Below are positions 1 through 13,495 of a stretch of 64,000 nt of DNA, one piece after another (the first letter of the stretch is position 1; the number at the start of each line of letters is the position of its first letter). The position numbers were made by a program, and so were the translations under genes. A model generated the notes under the pieces. That model saw only the letters and a list, made by a program, of their open reading frames with translations. It ran no database searches and had not been told where the DNA came from. The stretch is from Nemertoderma westbladi (lineage: Eukaryota > Animalia > Xenacoelomorpha), in contig JAUCBJ010002659.1 in NCBI GenBank assembly GCA_032718475.1, positions 62,001 to 126,000 of the forward strand, in the 5' to 3' direction.

Positions 1-2
1 GT

Positions 3-2624
3 GAAGAAGAAGAAAGTGAAGAGCAAATATCATCGCATGTCAACCCAATGTATGCACATAACAATGATGCTAATCAAAAAGCTGTATCATACAATAAAAC
101 AGGCAATGGGAAGGTTGATATGCTGAAAAATCTAGCTGCTGCATCTTTGGAGCATGATGCAGGGTTATCTGCTTCTCAAAATACATGGAGTTTTGTTTCA
201 TATGTTGGAATTCCACTTTTTATGCGCCAATTTCGGGCAATGTTTACCAAACGTGTTCTTCATTCACGACGAAATCGTAAAATTTTAATTGCCCAACTTG
301 CTCTTCCTATATGTTCTACTATTTTTGCTCTTGCTGCAAATCTTTTAATTCCATTAAAAGGTGATTCCCCACCTTTGGTAATGGACATTTCTCAGTATGG
401 CCCCACCAAAGCTGCTTATCAATTATTTCCTGCATCATCTGTTTCTACTTTTGCAGACATTAATGAAACATATAGTAACTTTTTAACTGCAGCTGATGTT
501 GATGTTCTGCGAACTCCTGTGAGTGATACTCTAAACGATTACTTATTTAGGACAGGTGCCTCTGACCTTGGTGTTTATGTAAATGAATATATTGTTTCTG
601 GTGACTTTCATGTGGATGCTGATTCTGTTATAGCTACATCATATTTTAACAATCAACCTTTCCATTCTCCATCACAATCACTAAATGCTGTCAGTAATTC
701 TCTTCTAATGCTGTTAAGAGGATCATCCCGAATAACTACTATAAATTACCCATTGCCACGGACCTTAGAAGAGCAGACAAAGGATCAGAATTCAGGGGCC
801 AGTTCCTTTCAGGCTTTTATAATCGCCTTTTATGTTGGATTCGGAATGTCATTTCTGAGTGGGAGCTTTGTTTTGTTTCTGGTATCAGAGCGAGCAGTTG
901 GTGCAAAACATATTCAATATGTTTCTGGCGTTCGCCCTATTAACTTCTGGGCATCGACCTATGCATGGGATTTGATAAACATGCTTATACCTAACCTCTT
1001 AATACTTGTGGTTTTTGTGGCATTTGGAACTGAACCTTATATACTAGATGGCCGAATATGGATAGTTTTCTTGTTCCTTGTGATCTTCTCATTATCCATA
1101 CTACCTCTTATGTATTGCTTGCAGTTTTTATTTTCTGTTGCATCGACAGCCTTTGTTGTTTGCTCGATGCTCAACATTGTGTTTGGTATTCTTACGATGC
1201 TTGCTGTCTTTATACTCCGATTTATTGATGAAAGGGATATAGGCGATGCACTTGACTGGGGATTTAGTTTTATACCGAATTACTGTCTGGTTACCTGTGT
1301 GGTTAACATGTACCAAAACTATATCACGCTGGATACTTGCAATGCAAGTCCGCTTGTAAAGTTTGTGTGCGAATTGGAAAAAGGTAAAACCATTTTCTAC
1401 AGTGATAATTATCTTGCTTGGGAGACGCCCGGTATTGGCAGATACTTAGTGTTCATGATGGCAGAATGTGTTGTCCTTTGGGTTATCTTGTTTTTAATTG
1501 AAACCGGATTTGTAAGAAAAGTTATTCTGGCATGTTTTGCCATGGTGTGTAGAAAACAAGTAGACAATTATGATAATGATATCAACTCTTTACTTGATGA
1601 AGATGTTGCTCGTGAAAGAGGCATTGTAGACAATGCAAGAGATGCAAATTCCCATAAAGGTTTTGAATTCGTTATCGATCATTTGCATAAAGTTTACAAT
1701 CAGTTTAAGGTGAATCCTATAGTTGCGGTTAATGATGTGTGTTTGGCTGTTCCAAATGGTGAATGCTTTGGACTTTTAGGAGTTAATGGGGCTGGAAAGA
1801 CGAGCACTTTTAAAATGGCAACAGGAGATCTAATGATGACATCTGGAACAGCATATATTGGTGGATTTAACATTAGAAACCAATTACAGAATGCACAACA
1901 ACTAATGGGTTACTGTCCACAGTTTGATGCACTGATAGGACAGATGACGGGTTATGAAACATTGCAGATGTTTGCCAGACTCAGAGGTATACCAGAAAGA
2001 TACATTAACGAAATGTGTGTCGATTTAATTTCACAATTTTCACTTGAATTATTTGCTGACAAATTAACAGAGACTTATAGTGGTGGCAATAAACGCAAGT
2101 TGAGCACTGCTATAGCTGTTGTTGGCAATCCGAGTGTGATCTTCCTTGATGAGCCTACATCTGGTATGGATCCAGTGTCTAAGAGAGCAATCTGGAATGC
2201 ACTTAGTAAGGTTCGTGATCAGGGAAAATCCATAATAATAACATCGCATAGTATGGAGGAATGTGAAGCATTGTGCACTAGGCTAGCAATCATGGTCAAT
2301 GGTCAGTTTAAGTGCTTGGGATCTACTCAACATCTCAAATCAAAATTTGGCCAGGGATTTTCTGTTATTGCAAAATCCAAAACGTCGAATGGTGGTGATA
2401 TTAACAAAGTGAAAGATTTTATAGAAACCAAGTTTCCTGGCTCTTTACTGAAAGACCAACATCAAGGAATTGTTACCTACCAAGTTTTAGATCAATCGCT
2501 CAAATGGGCCTATTTATTTTCCACCATGGAAACTGCCAAAGAGGAATTAAATCTAGAAGATTATGCGGTGACCCAAACCACTTTGGAGCAAGTATTCTTA
2601 ATGTTTGCACGATCGCAGGTTTAG
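3..2624 (+). CDS. ABCA3: ABCA-subfamily ABC transporter (ABCA3-like), paralog A; C-terminal half, 5'-partial (frame open from window start)
   Basis: TMD2 plus NBD2 with Walker A GVNGAGKTS, signature YSGGNKRKL, Walker B IFLDEP, HSMEECEALC and terminal TTLEQVFL. No introns. Frame is open from nt 3 (EEEESEEQISSHVNPM), matching the paralog B linker. AATAAA near 2775. Symbol means 'most ABCA3-like', not proven orthology. Confidence 0.93.
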   Translation, partial: EEEESEEQISSHVNPMYAHNNDANQKAVSYNKTGNGKVDMLKNLAAASLEHDAGLSASQNTWSFVSYVGIPLFMRQFRAMFTKRVLHSRRNRKILIAQLALPICSTIFALAANLLIPLKGDSPPLVMDISQYGPTKAAYQLFPASSVSTFADINETYSNFLTAADVDVLRTPVSDTLNDYLFRTGASDLGVYVNEYIVSGDFHVDADSVIATSYFNNQPFHSPSQSLNAVSNSLLMLLRGSSRITTINYPLPRTLEEQTKDQNSGASSFQAFIIAFYVGFGMSFLSGSFVLFLVSERAVGAKHIQYVSGVRPINFWASTYAWDLINMLIPNLLILVVFVAFGTEPYILDGRIWIVFLFLVIFSLSILPLMYCLQFLFSVASTAFVVCSMLNIVFGILTMLAVFILRFIDERDIGDALDWGFSFIPNYCLVTCVVNMYQNYITLDTCNASPLVKFVCELEKGKTIFYSDNYLAWETPGIGRYLVFMMAECVVLWVILFLIETGFVRKVILACFAMVCRKQVDNYDNDINSLLDEDVARERGIVDNARDANSHKGFEFVIDHLHKVYNQFKVNPIVAVNDVCLAVPNGECFGLLGVNGAGKTSTFKMATGDLMMTSGTAYIGGFNIRNQLQNAQQLMGYCPQFDALIGQMTGYETLQMFARLRGIPERYINEMCVDLISQFSLELFADKLTETYSGGNKRKLSTAIAVVGNPSVIFLDEPTSGMDPVSKRAIWNALSKVRDQGKSIIITSHSMEECEALCTRLAIMVNGQFKCLGSTQHLKSKFGQGFSVIAKSKTSNGGDINKVKDFIETKFPGSLLKDQHQGIVTYQVLDQSLKWAYLFSTMETAKEELNLEDYAVTQTTLEQVFLMFARSQV

Positions 2625-3483
2625 AACTTTTTCCTTTAATGTTTTCGCATTTCTTGACTGATAGGTATGATTATATAATTTACTGGAGCTGATTTTGTAT
2701 ATTTATGTATCTATTATAACATTAAATTTGCCTTATTATTCTTACAAAATACATAACATGGTCGTTTGCGTTTAATAAACCATTCAATAATAATTATGTT
2801 TTGAAGTTAAAATACAATATTCAATATAACAGTATATTATAACTTTTCATATTGGGCTGCATTTGAATCTATTATAGACTGTTGATTATCCAAATGTGCT
2901 CATTATTGCATTACTTTTTATTTTGAACTTCGCTCACTGGGAAAAAATCGAAATACATATAAATTGTGTTGCTTTTCAAACAACGATGTAGTTGTTATTG
3001 TTGCTAATAAGTTAAAGAAAATATTTCAATTGTATTTTGCATAATATTCAATTTAAATCGTACTTCATGCTTTTTACATGAATGTAAAATTTTTTCTAAG
3101 AATATTTTATATAAAATTTTCATTTTGTTTTCCTTTATATTAAGGATATTATTATAAGGGCATATATTGCTGCATCATATATACATAGGTCAATGTATAT
3201 CAATGTATTGTTTAAAAATACAATGTAATAATGAAATTTGCATGAGATTGACACATACTTTATGCACTTTTGCTGTCTCAATGTTTACTTTTTCTTTGCT
3301 TTTTTTTTCTCCAATACTATATTACCGTACCTATTTGATGTTGGTACCTTTTTCCCCTCTGTTTTCGACCATCAATAACAACTAACAAGGTATCCATCCA
3401 CTCTTCTTAGATTTAGATATAAGTTAACATTAATTATCGTTAATAATTCCCTAGTTGTCGGAATAATATGTAGGTTTGCTATA

Positions 3484-3603
3484 AAGGGTGTTCAAAAATA
3501 TAATTGGGTGGTGGTTTTTCTACATACGATGTAGTCATTAATACAGGGAAAGGTATAATTTACTTTGTCACTTACTTTATTATATTTTTTTATGAACACC
3601 CGG
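3484..3603. mobile_element. Short Tc1/mariner-type MITE candidate
   Basis: Inverted termini GGGTGTTCA (3486) / TGAACACCC (3593-3601) with TA close outside each end. Confidence 0.45.
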
Positions 3604-5021
3604 TAGGCCATATATAATAAAAATAAAATGTTAATAAGTTACCGAAATGTAACAATTAATTATTATCTTAATTCTCAGTAGCCGGTCTTCTCTGTAGAAC
3701 ATGTAATGATCAGACTATATTAAACCTTATACCTTAACATTAATGTGTTAACTTTGTGTGTATCGCTAACAATCTATTTAATAGTTATTATTGTAGTTTA
3801 TTGTGCTAATTTATTGTGCATTATTCCATTTAGTGCAGATTTTAATGAGGGCTTTTATTTTAACCTTTAATGTACTAATTTATTTCATTTATAATTAAGA
3901 GGTAAATAAATTGTTTTAAATTGAATTGTTTTGCTTGATAATATTAATTTTAAATAAAACTGAAATCAGCGACCCCGAAAACCCCCATAAATATAATTTT
4001 AGCTCGGTGTTGTGCTTCCTTCATGTCAGACACTATTAACCAACGGGACCCCATACAGGTAGTTTTGCGCGGGAAGGTTTGAACTTTGAAGGTTTCTTTA
4101 TTATCTTTTCGATGGTATATCGTTTTCTACGCATTTTTCAACCACATTGGAGACATCAACAAATTTTAAGGGATTATTGTGTCATAAGAATCTGCCGTGA
4201 AATAAGTTACAAAGCCTTTACGTAGGTCTACTCACATCGACATTTATGGTACCGGGTGGCATAAGCGTATGGGAACCATATCCACTGTGGGGGGGGGGGG
4301 GGGGCAATGCCCGAATGTTCGCCCCCCTTGTCAATCACGGCACGGCCCTCCCAAAAAAAAAGTGGGGTGTCGCGTGGGTGCACCAAGAATATTAACTTAC
4401 TCGAAATATTTATATCTCTTATCACTTTCTTTATTTCTCATATATTGTGTTGTTAGTTAATGTTACACGTGATAATTGATCAGTGGCGTAATAAAGTTTC
4501 GGCCAAGAGTATGATAAATAAACCACGAAGTAAGTAAGGAGTGTACTGTAGGATAAAACATAAAAAGTAGATAATAATGAAGGAGAGGGATGCGGGGATG
4601 TATAGGGAGGCATTGCTGCCAGGATTGGAGAGGAAGTTAATGTAGTTCCTAATAGAACAAATTACGTTTAAATGATCAACCTCTTCTTATAGTATTTTAT
4701 TGAGAGCACGTGGGCCTAATGATTTAATGTAGTTCCTAATTAATATAGTTCCTAATAGGAATATTAATTATATCTGAATGTACATAAGAAGGAAGGCAAT
4801 ACTCAACATTTTTTAAACAAAGTTGAGATTTTCCACATCTAAATCAAAACTTTTTAACAATATAATATTTTGATAAAACTAACGCTTTTACCGCGGTTAC
4901 CGACATTACCCGTTGGTATATAACAGTGGCTACATCTCTGCAGTAATATATAATACTGTATGAAAAAAGGTCTTTAATACTCAAATATTTGTCCCCTATT
5001 TATACGGTTATTATGGTGCGA

Positions 5022-8000
5022 TGGGGCCGTGGCATTCGATCCTGGCAGCGTTAGGGCCGTGGCATTCGGTCCTGGTAGCATTAGGGCCATGGCATTCGGT
5101 CCTGGTAGCGTTAGGGCCGTGGCATTCAGTCCTGGTAGCGTTAGGGCCGTGGCATTCGGTCCTGGTAGCGTTAGGGCCGTGGCATTCGGTCTGGTAGCGT
5201 TAGGACCGTGGCATTCGGTCCTGGCAGCGTTAGGGCCGTGGCATTCGGTCCTGGTAGCGTTAGGGCCGCGGCATTCGGTCCTGGTAGCGTTAGGGCCATG
5301 GCATCCGGTCCTGGTAGCGTTAGGGCCGCGGCATTCGGTCCTGGTAGCGTTAGGGCTGTGGCATTCGGTCCTGGTAGCGTTAGGGCCGCGGCATTCGGTC
5401 CTGGTAGCGTTAGGGCCATGGCATCCGGTCCTGGTAGCGTTAGGGCCGCGGCATTCGGTCCTGGTAGCGTTAGGACCGTGGCATTCGGTCCTGGCAGCGT
5501 TAGGGCCGTGGCATTCGGTCCTGGCAGCGTTAGGGCCGCGGCATTCGGTCCTGGTAGCATTAGGGCCGTGGCATTCGGTCCTGGCAGCGTTAGGGCCGTG
5601 GCATTCGGTCCTGGTAGCGTTAGGGCCGCGGCATTCGGTCCTGGTAGCGTTAGGGCCGTGGCATTCGGTCTGGTAGCGTTAGGACCGTGGCATTCGGTCC
5701 TGGTAGCGTTAGGGCCATGGCATTCGGTCCTGGTAGCATTAGGGCCGCGGCATTCGGTCCTGGTAGCATTAGGGCCTTGGCATTCGGTTCTGGCAGCGTT
5801 AGGGCCGTGGCATTCGGTCCTGGTAGCGTTAGGGCCGCGGCATTCTGTCCTGGTAGCGTTAGGGCCGTGGCATTCGGTCCTGGTAGCGTTAGGGCCGTGG
5901 CATTCGGTCTGGTAGCGTTAGGGTCGTGGTATTCGATCCTGGCAGCGTTAGGGCCGTGGCATTCGGTCCTGGTAGCGTTAGGGCCGCGGCATTCGGTCCT
6001 GGTAGCATTAGGGCCGTGGCATTCGGTCCTGGCAGCGTTAGGGCCGTGGCATTCGGTCCTGGTAGCGTTAGGGCCGCGGCATTCGGTCCTGGTAGCGTTA
6101 GGGCCATGGCATCCGGTCCTGGTAGCGTTAGGGCCGCGGCATTCGGTCCTGGTAGCGTTAGGGCCGTGGCATTCGGTCCTGGTAGCGTTAGGGCCGTGGC
6201 ATTCGGTCTGGTAGCGTTAGGGTCATGGTATTCGATCCTGGCAGCGTTAGGGCCGTGGCATTCGATCCTGGTAGCGTTAGGGTCGTGGTATTCGATCCTG
6301 GCAGCGTTAGGGCCGTGGCATTCGGTCCTGGTAGCATTAGGGCCGTGGTATTCGTTCCTGGTAGCGTTAGGGCCGTGGCATTCGGTCCTGGTAGCGTTAG
6401 GGCCGTGGCATTCGGTCCTGGTAGCGTTAGGACCGTGGCATTCGGTCCTGGTAGCGTTAGGGCCGCGGCATTCAGTCCTGGTAGCATTATGGCCGTGGCA
6501 TTCGGTCCTGGTAGCGTTAGGGCCGTGGCATTTGGTCCTGGTAGCATTAGGGCCGTGGCATTCGGTCCTGGTAGCATTAGGGCCGTGGCATTCGGTCCTG
6601 GTAGCATTAGGGCCGTGGCATTCGGTCCTGGTAGCGTTAGGGCCGTGGTATTCGGTCCTGGTAGCGTTAGGGCCGTGGCATTCGGTCCTGCTGCGTTAGG
6701 GCCGCGGCATTCGGTCCTGGTAGCGTTAGGACCGTGGCATTCGGTCCTGGTAGCATTAGGGCCGTGGCATTCGGTCCTGGTAGCGTTAGGGCCGTGGCAT
6801 TCGGTCCTGGTAGCATTAGGGCCATGGCATTCGGTCCTGGTAGCGTTAGGGCCGTGGCATTCAGTCCTGGTAGCGTTAGGGCCGTGGCATTCGGTCCTGG
6901 TAGCGTTAGGGCCGTGGCATTCGGTCTGGTAGCGTTAGGACCGTGGCATTCGGTCCTGGCAGCGTTAGGGCCGTGGCATTCGGTCCTGGTAGCGTTAGGG
7001 CCGCGGCATTCGGTCCTGGTAGCGTTAGGGCCATGGCATCCGGTCCTGGTAGCGTTAGGGCCGCGGCATTCGGTCCTGGTAGCGTTAGGGCTGTGGCATT
7101 CGGTCCTGGTAGCGTTAGGGCCGCGGCATTCGGTCCTGGTAGCGTTAGGGCCATGGCATCCGGTCCTGGTAGCGTTAGGGCCGCGGCATTCGGTCCTGGT
7201 AGCGTTAGGACCGTGGCATTCGGTCCTGGCAGCGTTAGGGCCGTGGCATTCGGTCCTGGCAGCGTTAGGGCCGCGGCATTCGGTCCTGGTAGCATTAGGG
7301 CCGTGGCATTCGGTCCTGGCAGCGTTAGGGCCGTGGCATTCGGTCCTGGTAGCGTTAGGGCCGCGGCATTCGGTCCTGGTAGCGTTAGGGCCGTGGCATT
7401 CGGTCTGGTAGCGTTAGGACCGTGGCATTCGGTCCTGGTAGCGTTAGGGCCATGGCATTCGGTCCTGGTAGCATTAGGGCCGCGGCATTCGGTCCTGGTA
7501 GCATTAGGGCCTTGGCATTCGGTTCTGGCAGCGTTAGGGCCGTGGCATTCGGTCCTGGTAGCGTTAGGGCCGCGGCATTCTGTCCTGGTAGCGTTAGGGC
7601 CGTGGCATTCGGTCCTGGTAGCGTTAGGGCCGTGGCATTCGGTCTGGTAGCGTTAGGGTCGTGGTATTCGATCCTGGCAGCGTTAGGGCCGTGGCATTCG
7701 GTCCTGGTAGCGTTAGGGCCGCGGCATTCGGTCCTGGTAGCATTAGGGCCGTGGCATTCGGTCCTGGCAGCGTTAGGGCCGTGGCATTCGGTCCTGGTAG
7801 CGTTAGGGCCGCGGCATTCGGTCCTGGTAGCGTTAGGGCCATGGCATCCGGTCCTGGTAGCGTTAGGGCCGCGGCATTCGGTCCTGGTAGCGTTAGGGCC
7901 GTGGCATTCGGTCCTGGTAGCGTTAGGGCCGTGGCATTCGGTCTGGTAGCGTTAGGGTCATGGTATTCGATCCTGGCAGCGTTAGGGCCGTGGCATTCGA

Positions 8001-9500
8001 TCCTGGTAGCGTTAGGGTCGTGGTATTCGATCCTGGCAGCGTTAGGGCCGTGGCATTCGGTCCTGGTAGCATTAGGGCCGTGGCATTCGGTCCTGGTAGC
8101 GTTAGGGCCGTGGCATTCGGTCCTGGTAGCGTTAGGACCGTGGCATTCGGTCCTGGTAGCGTTAGGGCCGCGGCATTCAGTCCTGGTAGCATTATGGCCG
8201 TGGCATTCGGTCCTGGTAGCGTTAGGGCCGTGGCATTTGGTCCTGGTAGCATTAGGGCCGTGGCATTCGGTCCTGGTAGCATTAGGGCCGTGGCATTCGG
8301 TCCTGGTAGCATTAGGGCCGTGGCATTCGGTCCTGGTAGCGTTAGGGCCGTGGTATTCGGTCCTGGTAGCGTTAGGGCCGTGGCATTCGGTCCTGCTGCG
8401 TTAGGGCCGCGGCATTCGGTCCTGGTAGCGTTAGGACCGTGGCATTCGGTCCTGGTAGCATTAGGGCCGTGGCATTCGGTCCTGGTAGCGTTAGGGCCGT
8501 GGTATTCGGTCCTGGTAGCGTTAGGGCCGTGGCATTCGGTCCTGCTGCGTTAGGACCGTGGCATTCGGTCCTGGTAGCGTTAGGACCGTGGCATTCGGTC
8601 CTGGTAGCATTAGGGCCGTGGCATTCGGTCCTGGTAGCGTTAGGGCTGTGGCATTCGGTCCTGGTAGCATTAGGGCCGTGGCATTCGGTCCTGGTAGCAT
8701 TAGGGCCGTGGCATTCGGTCCTGGTAGCATTAGGGCCGTGGCATTCGGTCCTGGTAGCGTTAGGGCCGTGGTATTCGGTCCTGGTAGCGTTAGGGCCGTG
8801 GCATTCGGTCCTGCTGCGTTAGGGCCGCGGCATTCGGTCCTGGTAGCGTTAGGGCCGTGGCATTCGGTCCTGGTAGCGTTAGGGCCGTTGCATTCGGTCC
8901 TGGTAGCGTTAGGGCCGTGGCATTCGGTCCTGGTAGCGTTAGGGCCGTGGCATTCGGTACTGGTAGCATTAGGGCCGTGGCATTCGGTCCTGGTAGCGTT
9001 AGGGCCGTGGCATTCGGTCCTGGTAGCGTTAGGGCCGTGGTATTCGGTCCTGGTAGCGTTAGGGCCGTGGCATTCGGTCCTGCTGCGTTAGGGCCGCGGC
9101 ATTCGGTCCTGGTAGCGTTAGGGCCGTGGCATTCGGTCCTGGTAGCGTTAGGGCCGCAGCATTCGGTCCTGGCAGCGTTAGGGCCGTGGCATTCGGTCCT
9201 GGTAGCGTTAGGGCCGTGGCATTCGGTACTGGTAGCGTTAGGGCCGTTGCATTCGGTCCTGGTAGCGTTAGGGCCGTGGCATTCGGTCCTGGTAGCGTTA
9301 GGGCCGTGGCATTCGGTACTGGTAGCATTAGGGCCGTGGCATTCGGTCCTGGTAGCGTTAGGGCCGTGGCATTTGGTCCTGGTAGCGTTAGGGCCGTGGC
9401 ATTCGGTCCTGGTAGCATTAGGGCCTCGGCATTCGGTCCTGGCAGCGGTAGGGCCGTGGCATTCGGTACTGGTAGCGTTAGGGCCGTGCCATTAGGTCAG
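5022..9500. repeat. 30-bp minisatellite (GGGCCGTGGCATTCGGTCCTGGTAGCGTTA)n, ~150 units, with a ~1735-bp higher-order duplication
   Basis: Directly visible tandem array; unit is a dimer of two diverged 15-mers. Variant pattern recurs at a 1735-bp offset (ORFs 5171/6906, 5208/6943, 5687/7422). Confidence 0.97.
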
Positions 9501-9647
9501 TAGGACGAGACTGCCTCCAAAACCAGGCAGGTTAGTAAAGGAGCAGGTTACAGAGCCGAGTTGAAAGGAGCCAAAACAATAAACGAGAGTTAGGAATATT
9601 GTAGAATAGATTAATTGAGAATCAACAGTCAGATGTATGCTACTGTA

Positions 9648-12038
9648 CGGGACCTAACGCTACGGGACCTAACGCTACAGGACCTAAAGCGCCAGAACCC
9701 AAAGCTACAGGACCTAATGCGCCAGAACCCAAAGCTACAGGACCTAAAGCTACGGGACCTAAAGCTCCAGGGCCTAACGCTACAGGACCTAAAGCGCCAG
9801 AACCCAAAGCTACAGGACCTAATGCGCCAGAACCCAAAGCTACAGGACCTAAAGCTACGGGACCTAAAGCTCCAGGGCCTAACGCTACAGGACCTAACGC
9901 TACAGGACCTAATGCGCCAGGTCCTAAAGCTACGGGACCTAAAGCTCAAGGACCTAACGCTACAGGACCTAATGCGCCAGGTCCTAAAGCTACGGGACCT
10001 AAAGCTCAAGGACCTAACGCTACAGGACCTAACGCTACAGGACCTAACGCTACGGGACCTAAAGCTACAGGACCTAACGCTACAGGACCTAACGCTACGG
10101 GACCTAAAGCTACAGGACCTAATGCGCCAGGTCCTAAAGCTACGGGACCTAAAGCTCAAGGACCTAATGCTACAGGACCTAACGCTACAGGACCTAACGC
10201 TACATGACCTAACGCTACGGGACTTAACGCTACAGGACCTAAAGCTAGGGACCTAACACTACGGGACCTAACGCAACAGGACCTAATGCGCCAGGACCTA
10301 AACCTGCGGGACCTAACGCTACAGGACCTACAGCTATGGGACCTAAAGCTCCAGGACCTAATGCGCCAGAACCTAAAGCTGCGGGACCTAACGCTACAGG
10401 ACCTAAAGCTACAGGACCTAATGCTACAGGACCTAACACTACAGGACCTAATGCGCCAGAACCTAAAGCTGCGGGACCTAACGCAACAGGACCTAACGCT
10501 ACAGGACCTAACGCTACAGGACCTAACGCTACAGGACCTAACGCTACATGACCTAACGCTACAGGACCTAACGCTACATGACCTAATGCTACAGGACCTA
10601 ACGCTACAGGACCTAACGCTACAAGACCTAACGCTACGGGACCTAACACAACAGGACCTAATGCGCCAGGACCTAAACCTGCGGGACCTAACGCTACAGG
10701 ACCTAATGCTACAGGACCTAAACCTGCGGGACCTAACGCTACAGGACCTAATGCTACAGGACCTAATGCTTCGGGACCTAACGCTACGGGACCCAATGCG
10801 CCAGAACCTAAAGCTATGGGACCTAACGCTACGGGACCTAATGCTACAGGACCTACAGCTATGGGACCTAAAGCTCCAGGACCTAACGCTACGGGACCTA
10901 ACGCTACAGGACCTAATGCTACGGGACCTAACGCTACAGGACCTACAGCTATGGGACCTAAAGCTCCAGGACCTAACGCTACGGGACCTAACGCTACAGG
11001 ACCTAACGCTACAGGACCTAATGCGCCAGAACCTAAAGCTGCGGGACCTAACGCTACGGGACCTAATGCGCCAGAACCTAAAGCTGCGGGACCTAACGCT
11101 ACGGGACCTAAAGCTACAGGACCTAACGCTACAGGACTTAACGCTACAAGACCTAAAGCTACAGGACCTAACGCTACAGGACTTAACGCTACAGGACCTA
11201 ACGCTACGGGACCTAACACAACAGGACCTAATGCGCCAGAACCTAAAGCTGCGGAACCTAACGCAACAGGACCTAATGCTACAGGACCTAACGCTACAGG
11301 ACCTAACGCTACAGGACCTAACGCTACAGGACCTAACGCTACAGGACCTAATGCGCCAGAACCTAACGCTATGGGACCTAAAGCTCCAGGACCTAACGCA
11401 ACAGGACCTAACGCTACGGGACCTAACGCTACGGGACCTAACGCTACAGGACCTAATGCTACATGACCTAACGCTTCAGGACCTAACGTTACAGGACCTA
11501 ACGCTACAGGACCTAACGCTACAGGACCTAATGCGCCAGAACCTAACGCTATGGGACCTAAAGCTCCAGGACCTAACGCAACAGGACCTAACGCTACGGG
11601 ACCTAACGCTACGGGACCTAACGCTACAGGACCTAATGCTACATGACCTAACGCTACGGGACCTAAAGCTACGGGACCTAACGCTATGGGACCTAAAGCT
11701 ACGGGACCTAACGCTATGGGACCTAAAGCTACAGGACCTAACGCTACAGGACTTAACTCTACAGGACCTAATGCGCCAGAACCTAAAGCTGCGGGACCTA
11801 ACGCTACAGGACCTAATGCTACAGGACCTAACGCTACAGGACCTAACGCTACGGGACCTAAAGCTACGGGACCTAACGCTATGGGACCTAAAGCTACAGG
11901 ACCTAACGCTACAGGACTTAACGCTACAGGACCTAATGCGCCAGAACCTAAAGCTGCGGGACCTAACGCTACAGGATCTAATGCTACAGGACCTAACGCT
12001 ACAGGACCTAACGCTACAGGACCTAATGCTACATGACC
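9648..12038. repeat. 15-bp minisatellite (GGACCTAACGCTACA)n, inverted relative to the 30-bp array
   Basis: Visible tandem array; its reverse complement TGTAGCGTTAGGTCC matches the GGTAGCGTTAGGGCC half of the upstream unit. Confidence 0.97.
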
Positions 12039-12829
12039 TCACGTATACAGATTTGGACCTAACTCTACATTACCCTTTATACCTGTATTTTCGCCCCGAA
12101 GAAATTTGCTGGGGGGCAATTACTGTAGTATAATTGCAATTAGGCTAACGCTAATGTAGCTAAACTAATAATAGTGAAACTAAAATATATAAATTATAAA
12201 ACTGGCCGCTCAGCTCGGCAAACATAATTATGACATCATGAACATAATTATCACATCATGTCAATATTTTGCCAAAAATAAATGTCACAATTTTGGCACC
12301 TTCTGTACATTAACGACCATCCCATTACTATAAGAACGAAATCTGCATGTAATACAAACGAACGGCACTAACATTATTGAACTTATATATTATACCTTTC
12401 TACAATCTTTTGGCAGGCAACTAAACTGCAGTTGTTGCAAAATACTGCACTCAATGTTTTATACTGTACTGTTAATTACTTTATTGTTAATCAATACTGT
12501 CCCTACATTTAACTAACGCAAATATTTTTTCTTACCTATTTTTTTTATTTTTTTACCTATTTAAAAAAAAAATTTCACCTAATTTTTTATTCAGTTATCG
12601 TGCTACCGTGTAAGGTACAGGACAGGCCTATCATATACAGATTTAGTACAGTACACAGTACCGGTAATACCTCAATAGTTTAGTACCGGTAGAGTAATTT
12701 AAACATAACCTAAAAATTACTGTAGTCCACTCTGCTGTCTATAATACTGTAGTATAAAAAATAGGCCTACTATTACTTCAGTACTTTTAGGTCAACTTAG
12801 TAGTGTTTTAGTTTGAAAATACTGTCGCT

Positions 12830-13020
12830 GTAACCTGCTATTTTCCCTCAATTGTTAAAGTGATTATCTATTGTTTTGGTTAGAAAAACCGCCTCTGTAA
12901 CGTGTTCCTTTCCCGTCAATTATTAAAGTGATCGTTTATTGTTTTGGTTAGAAAAACTCGCCTCTGTAACCTGCACCTTTCCCACAATTAATAACGTGAT
13001 CGTTTTTTGTTTTGGTTAGA
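12830..13020 (-). repeat. Three inverted copies of the ~59-bp CTAACCAAAACAATAAAC/GGAGCAGGTTACAGAG repeat
   Basis: TTGTTTTGGTTAGA and TGTAACCTGC motifs are the reverse complement of the units at 15700-16500 and 62430-63010. Confidence 0.8.
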
Positions 13021-13495
13021 TAAGACTATCCCTAAAGTGTTTTCTCTCGGTTAAAATGTTAAACTAAGGTTATCTCTGCCATTCTGACAGTTGATAGTGT
13101 GACTGTCTGGATGTCGTAATATTTATAGGTAAAAAAGAACAATAAATTGGTAAAAAAAAATAATTTGAAAAAGTCTAAGTAAAATGATTAAAAAAAATCG
13201 GTAACGAAAAATAACTGCCTTTAACTAATAAACTATGACGTGATCTTTTTTTAGCGTATATATAAATGTATATTTATCTGAGTAGAAAAAAGGACGCCCT
13301 TGTAAATAAGCCAACAATCACTAAGGGCAAACTTTTAGATTATGTTGGACAATGCCTAGGTAGGTAATAATTAAAAAGTAGAAATTATTAGGAATACATA
13401 TGTATATAGGCGCACATTTAGAACCTCGCGGGTATCCTATGTTATGGGAATGTATTACCAAGAAGATGATTGCCCGATAAGCCCAATATCGTGAC

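Noticed and set aside
5029-12133. Many 100-600 aa ORFs (AFGPGSVRAV, GPNAT, QDLTL repeats) resembling collagen, antifreeze or pentapeptide proteins
   Set aside because: They are translations of 30- and 15-bp minisatellites, open in several frames on both strands and broken by single-base indels, with no unique coding flanks.
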